A DNA stretch of 64,000 bases from Lingula anatina. Taxonomy: Eukaryota > Animalia > Brachiopoda. Both the position numbers and the translations under genes were made by a program. The notes beneath the pieces are model-generated. The model did not search any database and was not told the origin of the DNA. It saw nothing but the letters and a program-made list of their open reading frames with translations. The stretch spans positions 6,510,001 to 6,574,000 of the forward strand of contig CM120645.1 of NCBI GenBank assembly GCA_051362555.1, given 5' to 3'. This document shows positions 44,280 through 57,900 of the stretch, piece by piece. The number at the start of each line of letters is the position of its first letter. The first letter of the stretch is position 1.

Positions 44280-45025
44280 TGGGCAGATCTCTGCCAGTTT
44301 TGAAGATATGAGGGGCAAGAGAATATGCAGAGTTCAGTTTGTGGTGAAAAAGTAGGTCAAAGGTCAATTTCAAGGTCATAGTATATGACTTCCTATAAAA
44401 GTTCAATAGTAGCTATGGGCATTTCTTTGCCAATTTTGGAGATATGAAGGCCAGGAACCATGCAAAGTGCAGATCATCATAAATAGTAGGTCAAAGGTCA
44501 ATTTCAAGGTCACAGTAAGATTACCAGTATATGACTTCCTATTCAAGTTCAATAGTAACTTTGGACTTATCTCTGCCAGTTTTCGAGATATAAGGGATAG
44601 AAAATTTGCAAAGTTCAGTTCATGGTGAAAAGTAGGTCAAAGGTCAATTCCAAGGTCACAATAAGACTGCCAGTATATGACTTCCTATTAAAGTTCAACA
44701 GTAACTATCGGTGTATCTCTGCCAGTTTTGGAGATATAAGGGTTGGAAAATTTGCAAAGTTCAGTTCATGGTGAAAAGTAGGTCAAAGGTCAATTTCAGG
44801 ATCATATTTAGATTGCCAGTATATGACTTCCTATTCAAGTTCAATAGTAACTATGGGCATGTCTTTGCTAGTTTTGGAGATATAAAGATCAGAAAACTTG
44901 CAAAGTGCAGTTCATCATGAAAAGTAGGTCAAAGGTCAATTTCAAGGTCACAGTTAGATTACCAGTATATGACTTCCTATTCAAGTTCAATAGTAACTAT
45001 GGGCGTATCTCTGCTAATTTTGGAG
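44280..45025. repeat. 146-bp tandem repeat, ~5 units, inside the HINE
   Basis: GTAGGTCAAAGGTCAA recurs at 44352, 44486, 44632, 44778 and 44924 (spacing 134, 146, 146, 146). Confidence 0.95.
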
Positions 45026-47452
45026 TATTTCACATTCCCACTGAATATTGCGATGTTGTAATTTTTGATATAGGGCAACGCCTAAACCATATCAAAAACA
45101 AAAAAATGGACACCACCTCCAGTATTGCACTTGACAAGGTCTACAAAATGCAATAAAAAAGAGGTCTCTGGCATTTACCATTCCAGATTCAGAGCAAGTT
45201 CTCAGTTTTGGTATCTAATGGCTGCTTCTCCCGTGAAAATGCACCGATTGACCCCAAACTCCCAAAGATGAAAGGAGTCCCCAATGGTTATCCCTCACTA
45301 TAACAGGATAGCTTAGGGCTGCGTAGTTTCCAAAAATTAGCACAAACAAATATTTTTTTTACAGAAAATTCCCATTTTTAGAAAATTTTGGCTTGTTTGA
45401 CCTTGAAAAAAAGGTCAAAAGTCAAATCCAAGGGCATATTTGGAATCTCCACATATGACTTTTGGTCAGACTTCTGTAGTAATTTTTCCCATAATTCCTT
45501 TGGTTTGGGAGATATTTAGCATTGAATTTTCAAAAATTTTGACAAGGGTGCATTTCAACAAGCGTCACGCCCAGGCCAGTGCACCGACAGAGACAAAAAA
45601 ACCAGGATGTTCAAGTTGAGATTATATGTGACCTAAATCCAAGAGATGGGGACACAGGTCTTTGCGGTCTAGGAGGAGAAGCGGTAACGGTGACTTGTTT
45701 CCGGCACCCGACTGCGGAGCCGCAGGAGCCGGCGGAGCTGTACGAGACGGGTCGGGACTAAAACCATGAGTACTGCCAGCGTACACGCTGGTGGTACTAA
45801 TAATACCAAATGTTTCAGAATTCAGCATAAGACGTTTAATTTTTGTTGACATCATTCAAATTGTATATTTTAGGTGAATTTATTCAAAAATGAGTTGGAC
45901 TAGAGATGACAAGCTCCCAAACCTCCCTCATACAGATTTAGCACTGTGTTTGTGTATATAATATTGCATGAAATGGGCCAATTTGAGAAGCATACTCAAA
46001 TTTATAATGGAGAACTAGAGTGCTGGAAGCATTTTTTTTTTCAGACTGTAAAATAAACACATTAACATTACATGTCTAAGGACACAATGTCGTAATTCAG
46101 TCTCCACCTAAAACACACTCCTTTATCATAAAAAGGGAGGGGAAAAAGAAAACACCATTTGGTGCCTCTGAACTCCTGCTAGCACTTCCTTTCTCAATTA
46201 CAGAATTTATCCTCAGCAGTGCCACAATCAATTTATTCAAGAGCAATGTCATTGTCAATTTGTAAGTGCTGATCCTGCAATTGAAGACATCAGCAACCTC
46301 TCCTATGTTAAGGGCAAATTCCCACAAGAAAAATGAGACCAGTTCTGACATCATTCTTTTGACATCATGAGTGAAATATTGGTAATCATTTGATCACAGG
46401 CTAAAAGCACCAGCTCAGCGTCAAGCCATCACCAAATAGTTACGAATCATTGACACAAGTAGCCTAATTCCCATCTACCAAGTGCCTTATTGTCACGATC
46501 TTGAAATGGAACTTTTTTGAGAACATTTTATTTTTTGAGTGTGAATCCACACTTAAATGAATTGTGAATGTTCAAATGCAATGGGGAAATGAAATGTGAA
46601 GTAAAAACAGGGAATGACTAGAAGGAAATGGGAATCAAATTAAGACTGGAGTGAACATTTGTCAAAGATGTCTGATCACGCCTTTAGTGAAAACAAAGTT
46701 GTTACATGCCAAATACAAAATCAAAAACATGTAAATCTACACAGCATACTTCCTATTTACTTTTCTAGTCCATATGTCAAAATACCAGCAAAATAGCCTT
46801 AGCTAAAAAGTAGCCTTGGCTATAGATAGCTGTTAGTATATTCTAATGTAACTACAAAATGTTAAAAAGAAATAGCAAATTTGGAATGATTTTTTTTATT
46901 ATAAATAATTTGGGGTCAGCTTGCGATTTCTACATAAATGCAAAATAAGAATATTTATTCATTTCAATATAGTTCCAAACCCACTGTGCAAAAGCACATA
47001 CTTGTGTATAGAATCCCTTCTACTAGGCAGTAGAGTAACATTTTTGAAGGGGAAGCTGCTGTGCTAAACACTCAACACATTGTTTCTTCACTGTGTTAGG
47101 TGAGACATGAATCTAAGAACATTTTTCATTTCCACTTTGCAAACGCCTTTTCTTGAATGACTGATCAAATGACTTAAAAATGAAAACTTAAAGAAAAACT
47201 GAAAAATTGAAAAGCCTGCTAAAAAAAAAATAAACATCAAAACAAAGATGCAGGTCCTTTCAGAAACCTGGTTCTATTTTCAATTTAAAAAAATTGCATG
47301 GCATTATTCAAAATCTTTTAAAAGAAAAGCCTAATAAAAAATATTACTGTTATGATTCAAAACCAAAATTGATGCTAAATATTTATCTTCCACATGAAGA
47401 TGAAGTTCCAATAAAAAGTCCCATTTTGTTTCCAAATGTGTTTACCATGGGA

Positions 47453-50400
47453 TCACAAATTATCCAGCAAAGATTTGGAATATTTCTTCCTCTGAAGGTA
47501 CTGTCTGGGTTTTACACTGCCAGTCCCGACCCCATCCCTGGGGGAGTCTACATAGGGCAGAGGACCTGGACACTTCTGAAACATGGCAAGAAAACATCAA
47601 GACTAGAAAAATACCTTTTGTCTGTGCTTCAAAATGGACTGCAGAGGTGTAACACTGAGGAACTGTTCAATTGCAAACAATAACCCATGATTTTTTTCTC
47701 TTATTCTTATTACCTCTTTCTCTAAATTTTACTTCTTGTGACAGACTTACAATCAGTAATGATACTTTTCTAAGATTTGCTTTTTATACTGATTTTCTTT
47801 TTACTTCAACTTGTTCTCTCTCTAAAAAGAGATTTACTAAATTAAATTTCTACAAATATGTCTTCTTTATATTCCAATGTCTATACTTTATACAGGTAAA
47901 CTGAATAAGCTATTTACCTAACTTGTGCTCTCTCTGACAAGAATTTTACTACTGCAAAATTTTGTTTTACGAATATACCTTTTACTTTTTCCAATGCCTA
48001 AAATTGGTAAAGATAGTCTGAATAAAGATATTTCTTCATCAGAAATGATTTAACAAGACCTACCTGTTTCAACAACATCTGGTGTGGAATATCCAGAGAT
48101 CCCTTCACCAGACAGTTGACTTTCTCCAACATGGCAGACGACAAGGGAGTGATAATGTAGAAAACTTTCTTCACAGGATCTATGCCTCTAATAATCCCTT
48201 TTAAAAACAAAAATTTGATTAAGAAACAAATTCAAATGTCACATGAAAAGCATCATGTCTGATATTTACATCATTTTTCTTAAAGGTTTTTTTGGCTCGT
48301 TTTCTGACAGAATAACATCCAATGTCTTAATTGTCTCTCTTATCAGCAAAAGAGTCCCAAAAAGAAAGAAGTTTTTCTCTTACCTGGAGCCTAATAAAGT
48401 CAAAAACATAGAAATGAAAACTGCATAAAAATAAAAATAATAAATAGGTCGAAAAAATAACTATAGATAAGCTATAAAAAAGAAATTGATAGAGGCCTTA
48501 GCCATTACTTACCAAACCCGAGACATGGACATACAGGAGTAGAGGTGAGGAACCTTGGAAGTTCTGGGTCACTAGGTGGCAGCATCTACAAATATAATTT
48601 TTGAATAAGATACCAATTACACTGCTATCAGTGGCGTCTGTTTTGTCATCTAATATACAAAAGAAAAAAAAAATATTTTGTGTGGTAAGGATAGAATTAC
48701 ATGTGATGACTTCAATACAGACTCTTACGCTACTTCAAAAAACACTTTCTACAAGGAATTTGTAAAACAGCAGGTGACATAAATATTAGACCATCTAACT
48801 TTCGTGATTGGTGTGGTAACCTTCAATCAAATGCTGCAAAGCTAAAGAAATGACAAGTAGCCATGTATGGAAATTTGAAATTTTGTATAATCTGAAGACC
48901 CTTCTGATCGAGCACTCTGTCTTAATGTTCCATATTCAGCATTCTGTCTTGAGAGATTGATATGATGTTAGAGAATCACTTATGGAGCTCCAATGGTTTT
49001 CACTTTGCTGCTATATTCTTACTGTGCTAAATAGTGCATAATGCTCCAGGCAGAGTTTCCACACAAACAGCATGTAGTAAGCAATCCTGTGAACCCCATC
49101 ACAGTGTAATTACATGGTATGATCTCTCAAAACAGATCGCTTGAGGTGGGACAGTTTGATAAAACTCCCTGCGTGAAAAGGTCTTAAGGCTGTTGACATG
49201 AGAAACTTACATGGGTCTTGTCTACTATACACAAGGCCACCAGAGAGCCATTCAAGGCATACATGACTTGTGAGGGTGGGACCATACTGCCACTGACATG
49301 TACTGCCACACTGCACCATGACACCATGAATGGCTGGTGGGCGTTAATTGGTACAAAATGCTCACTAGATGGCAGTTGCAGTCTACTCAAGTATGCTATG
49401 GTGGCCATAGCTCTTGTGTCTGGGGCACTGTAACGACCCTTGCGCCTGAAATATGTTAAAAATTTTTACAAAACTTGAAAATACTGAAACAGGTCTGTCA
49501 CTTGAAGTTAGGTATGTAAATTAAATACAAATCTAATGCCACACAGTGACTGTTTGATCATATTATTAAGCAAAAATTTAATTAAATTTCTTGACTGTGT
49601 GTTTAAAAAATATATGCAAGAAACATTTATCATCTATTGGAAAGAAAATCAGGAGGTGAATACAAAATCAGAAAAATGCTCATTAAAATTGAATCATTTA
49701 CATCAGATGCTTTAGATCTTTACATATACTTTATAAGATACTTTAAAGTCAAAAAGAATATGTTTCAACATCAAAGAAAATATGCTGATTGGGCATACTC
49801 AAGTTGAGTTTCATTAGCAGATTCTATTATGGTCAGTTTATGGCTGTAATCAGCCAGTCTATCATCTACTTCCTCATCTGGTAGTGTCTGAAATAAAATA
49901 AAAACATGGCAATTTTTGAAACAAAAACAGAATCTGGTACTCAAAATTTTGAAATTATATTAATTACTACATAAATAAATCAAAATTTATTACTACTATA
50001 TTTATTACTATTTTATACACCGCTCTATCATACAGCCAATAGAGAAACCCTCTGTATGTCAGAGCGTCCGAGTCTGATGTTAAAATTATAACTATATATA
50101 TCAAAAATACGTATTTGCATTGAACTATTTTTTGTAATGGAAGTGGTATCAACACCTCCCCCCCATCTTTGTCATTTGGACAGTGGACATCTTTCCACCA
50201 CCACCCAATGACAATTACCACCCAAACAATCCCCTTAAAAATTAGAAATACCTTTGAAAAGAAAAGTTAAACTGACAAACAATAGAGAATCTGATGTAGT
50301 TTTTTAAGGACAGGATATTTCCACTCATAACAAGTCACACTGTCACTATTGCCTACTCACTCCTGCCTCCATATCAGTCCAGCCTTGTGTCGTCTGCATA

Positions 50401-53319
50401 AAATTGGGTGTTATTGGGGAGAGATTCTTCGACTGTGTCTTGGCAGAGTCCAGCTGAACAACAAAGTTTGGTTGTACAGTCCTCAGCACATCTACCAACA
50501 GGTTTAGTCCCAGACCTGAAGATAGGAACCAGTGTCAGAAATTAAGGCTTGACCGTCTGCCCGGGGCTGACAACTTTCAGAGCAAGCTGAGAAGTTTTCC
50601 CACCCGGCAGACATTCAGTCCAGCTACTTTTCAAGATGGCTGGACTTTCGGTCCAGTAACTAATTTTCCTAAGAGGCAAACACTGATAGGAACAATAATG
50701 AACACTTCTTCTCATAGCTTAGATTATATCTTCACCTTTAGGTGCCTACAATGTTGGTATGGCTTGTCCAAACAACATCATGGTAGAACTACAGCTGGAT
50801 TTTTATCTGCCATTAAGACTGATCCAGGGGGAATAAAACCTTTTTCAACTAAAGTTTTCACAGAAATTTGAAAGGTTAATTGAAGGATCTGAGGGGTATT
50901 ATTTCTTACTAGTCTGTTGCATAAACACAAGTCTGTGGCATAAGCACTGGGCTAGGGCCAAATGCCAGTAAACCTAAAACTGGGTCAGCCCAAACAATTC
51001 AGTAAGCTAAAAGTTTTAGGCACAGAGTGTGTTGCTGCTGAATACCTTTATTCCATCCCATAGTATTCACAATCAGTGGTGTAGTAGAAAACTGAGACTT
51101 GTACTTTTTAAAGACATACTTGACACAGTTCACATAATGGCTGGGATCTTCAGCAGGAGAGGCACATCCAACAAATGTGGAGCTAAAACAGTTAGAGGAT
51201 CTTTTAATAAAAAGAAAATAAAGGAATATGTGACCAAAACAGTGGAATAAAATTATCTCACTTTTCTGACTTAATAAGTAAATTCTATTTAATGTATGCA
51301 TTTTCCACCATTTTAATGGCAAGATATGAACTCTGAGCTCATAAGAGCACTACCAATTTTTGCCATATGCTTTGACAATAAGCTAAATTGATTCATCAGT
51401 TTCTTATATCTTGGTAGAATAATCCTAAGCTCTTACCCAACTAAAACTGAAGATAATAAAGATTTATAAAGATTCATCTGATAAAATTAAATATTTCTTT
51501 AACAATACAGTTTCTTAGATTCAACAACAGAAACCTACCATGCAGGTTCTTGCTGGTGTGTGAATGGTGGCCCTAGCAATGGTTCAGTTACAGAGTTCAG
51601 TGTCACACAGCCCTGCAGGGAGAATTCTGACTGTCCAATATCACATTCCAAGTAACAGACTTCTCTGCAACTAAACGGAAATGAAGAAAGTAAGTTAAAA
51701 GATTCCCTGTAAAAATAAACAACAGTTTAAGGCTGATATGTCATTGAAAAGCAACAGTATACCAAGTCTTGTTAGACTAGAAATTGGTTCAGACTTCAAA
51801 TTAAATATAACATACCAGTTTAAAGCAGTGTTGACCAGATAACGTCCAAGTGTCGACTTCCCCATGTTCTTTCCTCCACAGAGGACCACCACTGGGCCTG
51901 GATCATGACATCCCTCTATTGCACTACACCACATCTCAGACACATACTCATAGTTCTCAGTTATCTCAAGGACAGCTGGTGGTCTGTCATGAATGATCTG
52001 AACACCAATGTCAAGGTTGATATCTGAAGTTGTGCTCTGTGGCATAGGGGAGAAAAGATTCTGAAATGGACTTATACTGGAGACATAATCGCAACACAGG
52101 CTATCTAGTTGCTTGAAATGAAGCACCACACTTTGCTGAGTCATTTCATGTAGAACTCCTGTAAGAATTTCACTGTCCTCGTTTTTTAAAAAATTCTTTA
52201 CAGCTGCTGTCCTTTTTTTAAGAGCATCAGAGTCCTTGTAAACTCCTATGCTTGTCTTGTTAATTACGTCTATATTTTCTCTGTCCCCTGAAGTTTTGAC
52301 CAACAAGAGGCTACTGCTGTCGGGAGAGTACATCCTATAGGGGGCAGCACCAGGCCTTATCTTGAACCCAAGCACCATGACTTCTCCAACAACCACAGAA
52401 ATTTCACACTTTCCCTTGAAACAGAATTCCTGGGGATGGTTCAAGGTAATCAGTACAGAGTTGGGATCCTTCAGGTAAAATATGCTGAAAGACATATATA
52501 TTATAAAAATTAAAATAAAAAGTGATTTTAAAAAATCATAGAACAGAAGCATAAAAGCAAAGTAACAATGAAGGTAGATAATGATGCTAGTTTGATCAGA
52601 TCTGTGAAAAGTGTAATATACCAATACCTAAATTAGTAAAATACACAATACGTTCTTAAGACTTACAACAGTTCTTAGACTTAAAACAGACTACTGTAGT
52701 ACCTTTCTTGGTGCACTCCTTTTACATTATATGCAAGTGGTTCTTCTTTTTCCCCATCCCCAATTTCATCTATTTTACCATGAGTACCAATGTCAACTTC
52801 ATCAGCTGTTCTTATGCCTTCATCTCCTTTCCTCTTTTCTGTGTCTAAAGTACCACCAACAGAAATTTCACTTTTTCTGTCTCTGCCTCTTGATCTTTTT
52901 GGTGAAGTAAATCTGTCAGGTGAAATTAAAGGAAGATTGAGCCATTTGTCTCTCTTGCTCTTTGGCATTGTTAAAGTATCCAAGTTCTCTGATTCTGCTC
53001 CTTTCCTGCCTTTAGGCTCATTTGATTCCTTAGGTGCAGGACTTAATAAACTGACATCCTTCTTTGCAGACTTACTTTTACTGTCATCACCTGAGCTGTG
53101 ATTGTCTAACGCCATTTTTCGTTTGCCACCCCGTTCCTTTTTCGGAGGGCCTAATTTAGACAATAACCTGCTTTTAAAGTCTACAGTTACAATCTCCATT
53201 TCTGAAGACTTTCTTGGGGCAGTTTCTTGACTGGATGGTTTGCCATGTGACCTTGTATTGTGTGCTAATGGGGCCACTGCCTCAGGTGCCTTCTTTTTCT
53301 TCTGTCTACTTCGACCCAT
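47453..53319 (-). CDS. NOL9: Polynucleotide 5'-hydroxyl-kinase NOL9 (Clp1/Grc3 family), 10 coding exons, 787 aa
   Basis: Exons 53319-52703, 52484-51816, 51670-51539, 51182-51046, 50515-50361, 49887-49799, 49445-49211, 48585-48513, 48197-48064, 47575-47453 (2364 nt). P-loop CGGKNMGKST, YLECDIGQSEF, LGPPFTH, IVNTMGW and CLGFGIIRGID motifs; basic N-terminus. Probable non-coding first exon ends at the donor at 54522. Confidence 0.95.
50530..50685. mobile_element. hAT-like MITE in a NOL9 intron
   Basis: CAGTGT...ACACTG termini; 8-bp TSD ATAGGAAC (50522-50529, 50686-50693). Confidence 0.8.
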
Positions 53320-54522
53320 GGTTTTCTAAAAATAGTGAAACAAGTGTATATAGACCTTATTTATATTCAAAAAAAAAAATAATAATAATTTCAAAAAAAT
53401 AATTTTTGAATCAAATAAAGATTTTTGAATTTCATTGGCATCACTATTTCTAAAACATGAACTCAATACAATTTTTTAAAGATTTTCTACTGTATAGTAA
53501 GAACTGACATTGCAAATGACAAGGTCAATCAATTCTGAATGTGTAAATGTGGACAAATGTATTAACTGGACACTGTTGCCCACTTTTTCCTCAACCAACT
53601 GACATTACAAAATAAGTCTAAAAATATTTGCAAACAGTTTTTTTCCTAGGCGGGGGACTGTGACCTACCAAATATATTTTATTTCTTTAACTTTCTTAAT
53701 CATTTTTAAATTAAGTAAAATTGTCATAGCTACAGCTTAAAAAATCACTTCTTAAAAAATTACTGAGATTGTCCAAAATAACAATGAACAGGCCCATTAT
53801 CTATCTTTCTATTAATACTATCACCACATCTGCTATTGTTACACATGTATCTCTATCAGTTTTTATATGTGGGGCATTTCAAAATATCGCTCCCTCCTTT
53901 TCCCCTCTACCAAACCTTCTGGCACTTGTTTCTATCAGTTTGGTGCAAAAGTTTTTATCATGCATTTTATTTTTTTAACCCGATACAAATTGGGGGAGGG
54001 GGGGGGGGGGCGATCGAGAGTGCCAAAGAGAAAAGGGCCTCAAATATTTCTTCAACAGAGGGCGCTATATATATCACAATGATAACAGTCACAAGGGGTG
54101 TGTTCATTTGCAGAGGGCATTGCTATGCACTGTGTTTCCATATCAAAGTCCTCTATAAATTACACACAAATATCGTTCATAATATTTACATTTAATCAGT
54201 TTCATTAATAAACCATGTTGTTTAAGCTGTTATTTTAATGGGCCCGAATGTCTACAACAGAAGGTAAGTGAAGCAATTTATTTGACCTTTACCAATACCG
54301 TCGGCAAATGCGAATACTACGTACCAGTCTACGCACTGTACAGCACATGCAATGGAGGGGGGGGGGGGGGGGAGATTACGAAGTTTAAAATACCAGCTCA
54401 GGCAATCGAGTAATGGATCGTCTGGTACATAAAATCATAGCTATGTTCTACCCTCGGATCATCTTTTTAAACAAGAGAGCATTGTATGTCTTTTTCAGGC
54501 AGTGATAACGATATGAACTTAC

Positions 54523-54964
54523 CGATCAAATATAACGTACACATTTACACGTCCACATGGTGTTGTCTTAACATGTGCAAAATTAGGTCAAATTTGTGCG
54601 TATAGAATTGGGTCAAGATAGTGCTATGTTTCAAAATAGTTAATATAGCTCTTTAAACAGATCCAGGTCTATATTTTCGAATAGAATAATGATTGAAGAT
54701 ATGTATTTTTGAAAAAAGTTCCCTACTTTTGCTTTGTGCGAAAATTGAAAGTTGCATCAACAGAATTACTCCGCTGCGTAGAGCGCATGATCAAAGATGG
54801 CAGCTTCCGTGAAAAGAAAATTTTTATTGTCCAACTCGGAATTAAAGTGAATGCTTCATGTTGTTCTACGCTAGATTGACGGGGATCAATGTAAGGTATT
54901 GTAGTGAAGTTGGTTCTATAGCATAAAGGAATAACAGCGTATCAAACGCTGTCTACCTTACATA
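54523..54964. promoter_or_regulatory. Bidirectional promoter region NOL9/BORCS6
   Basis: Head-to-head genes; local CpG retention; YY1-like AAGATGGCAGC (54794-54804) adjoining ETS-like CTTCCG. Confidence 0.65.
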
Positions 54965-57900
54965 ATGGAGAAAACTGACTCAAAAATAATAGGCGATAGC
55001 AAAGCAGACGATTTGGCGCAGATGGACTCCCAAGGGCTCTCTCTTCCTGTTTCTGCCGCTCTCTTCACTTCGTTCGAAAGTGACATAACAGAAAATGAGG
55101 ATGAAGACAGACCTCTCATTCGAGCTGGAGGTTCAACGGGGACAACAGCGTCTGGACTGCCAAGTTTTGTCGGACAGTACACGAACGCAGACACGGCCAG
55201 GAAGGTGCTGGAGTATACGAAACATATCCAAGGTTTAAGTGCCGATATGACCTCTTCGGTGGAATCCAGTAGGGATCTTCTGAGTAGTGACAATGAGGGG
55301 ACAGATCAGGAACCATTTCGTAAGAATATAGCGTATATGAGACTGGCAGAGACTGGGTTTGTGGGGGAGGAAGGTGAAACAGAAGACTCCTCCCTGTCAG
55401 CAACAACGAAGAAACCGTCATCAACAGCAGAGGCATCTGCTTCTGTGTCACAGAAAAATACTGAACACCCATCACAAAAACATTCCAAGAGTGCCAAAAC
55501 TGACCATAGGTCAGCTGACAGTTATGATGACACGGTGCCCTCAAAATCTGGGTCAGGGTCAAGGACTTCTAATTCTGGGTCAAGGTCATCGAGCTCTGAC
55601 TCGCCAGATAGAACTCTGGTTGAGGACCCAGCTGATGACGGAGATGATGATGATGATTCCCCAAGAAGCAGCAGCAGCAGACCTAATGATCTGACATTGC
55701 CTAAACCCCTACAGCATTATGAGAGAATACAGCGGATGAAGTACACATCAGAGACAGAAGATGCAGTGGATGTACTGGATGAGCTGGCCAAGACACCACT
55801 GCAGAGTCAGGGGACTGTGATGAAAGAAGGGGAGCTGGTGGCATTTGTTGCCGATGACTTGCAGCAGAAAATAAAGCTGAGCAGCCCTTGTAGCAAAGAT
55901 GGTATGGCATGGTGTTATCAGTTGGGGTGTGTGCATGTGTGAGTGTATGTTTGGCCAGGAGAAGAGGTGGAATACCCATAAATAGTAACTGTCTTAGAAA
56001 TAGAATTGTATGTGCAGAATCATGTGATCCTATAATAAAGTGGGTTGATCTGTATATACATGTATGTAAATCATACACCAGCAGTTGTATGCTTTAATTG
56101 TATTAATTGTCAGAGTACTATAGCCTGAAAGTTCTTAACCATGCTAGTTTTTGGTGCATAAGTATTTAACCAGAAAATGCAAATTATTTTAGGTGATTTA
56201 GGAGGTGTAAGGGAGAGAAAAGACAGCCAAGCATCTAGTCTAAAAACTACCTCCAGCAGTAACTACAGTTTGTCCAGCAATTCTTCAGTCACGTCCTCCT
56301 CAACATGGTCTACAGCAGCGACACCTATCCACAGAAGACGGAGTAATGCAGATGTCCCTCCTATTGATCCCCATGTGTTGAGAGACATTGAGATTCAAGC
56401 CACCCACATTTCAGACAATTTGGATCAAATGTTGAAGAAACTGAAAACAAGTATGGAAAGGGTAAGTGTGGTTATACAGTGGATCTTACCATAACATTTG
56501 CCTTGGCAGAACAGCATTATTTTCAACCTGTGAGAAATGACTATCGGCATCTCCATAAGTCTTGTAAAATATGTGGTAACACTAGTATCTAGAAAAAAAA
56601 ACATTCGGCTTTTATCCTGTTTTAACCAGTTGTATCAATGGACTTTCTGGGTGGATTCTTCCAAGGTATATGACACAGGAGTCCTGTATATGCAGTAGAT
56701 TATAAGCACTGTTCTTATCATCATCACTCTCTTTTCCCAGATGTCTGCTATCACAGTAGGTTGTGTTGACACTTATAAGGAAGCCATAGACAACACATGT
56801 GATGCTGTAGATGGAAGTATTAAGGTACTTTATTAAAATACAAATTAAAATAGCAAGCATGTTAGGATTGTTTCTTCTAGATTAAAAAACCTATTATCTT
56901 TTGATGTTGTTTAAACCAGTTTGCTGTTCATTTCCAATGCTGAGAAAGTGGACTTAAAAGTATAAATATCCCTAAGTTGGATCTAGCAGAATGCGTGTTG
57001 TGTGTGTGTGTGTGTGTGTGTGTTTTTTTTTTTAATGTGTAGAATGATTTCAATAATGCCACTGTTAAAGGGGATTTGGCATTGAGCTTGAAGCTAACTA
57101 CTGATTGCCATCAATGTTTATTTTTATAATTTTTCTATTAAAAATTTCACCCTGTATTTTTTCAGTCCATGTATGCACTGATGGCAAAGTGTGAAGAGCT
57201 CAGCAAGTCAGTTAAACCCATTTATGATATTCATGAACAGATGTATCCTTTTGCTTTCAAATTTGATAACTTTTAATCATAATGTTTCTGTTTCTATATT
57301 ACCAAGTGTCATGTTCACAGTTGAATGTGTTAGATGTGACTTAGTCTATGTGGAGCTACAGCAGATTGTGTTTTCAACCATGCTGTTCATATATTGTGTT
57401 AGATGTGACTGTGTTCCAACTGTAAGTTTTGATTGTGTTTACCATCATACCCTGTCCCAATTGTTTTAGGTGTGAGAAAACCCAGAGTAGCTGTTATCTG
57501 GTAAAAAAAAAAAAGACCTGTTTCTTTCTGGGTTTTTTTTTTTTGCCCCATGAAAAATTTACCTTTTTTTATGTGGCAGTAAATAGTGTAAGGAAAATGA
57601 GCTTCTGAGTAATAAGATGATAACCTAATTGTTGTTTGGTAGATTACTTGCTGCTAAAGATTAAGATGCTTGAATATTTGCTTTGACTCAAAATCTTTTT
57701 CCTCTTTCTGTGTTAGCTACTTCACTAAGATATGACTTCTTTAAGAAACAGATGTTCCGGAAGTCAGAAGTAGATTAGATTATTATGTTGTTTTTGCTGT
57801 AGAAGAGATTCACATACTTGATCAAAGTCTTCAAACTATCCAACATGCATGTAAAATTCTTCGATAACATCTTTCACTAAAATAAAAACAGTATTCTCTA

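Larger units (their letters stand above)
43902..45800 (-). mobile_element. Helentron-associated interspersed element (HINE, DINE-1-like architecture)
   Basis: Sub-TIRs GTACCACCAGC (43939-43949) and GCTGGTGGTAC (45787-45797); 5' hairpin CCAGCGT-AC-ACGCTGG; 3' hairpin AGAGGCG-ATAC-CGCCTCT (43914-43931) followed by CTAG-TT on the minus strand; central tandem array. Confidence 0.85.

Noticed and set aside
44711-45156. Repetitive ORFs KSRSKVNF...PVYDFLFKFNSNYG
   Set aside because: Translation of the 146-bp repeat; the unit length is not a multiple of 3.
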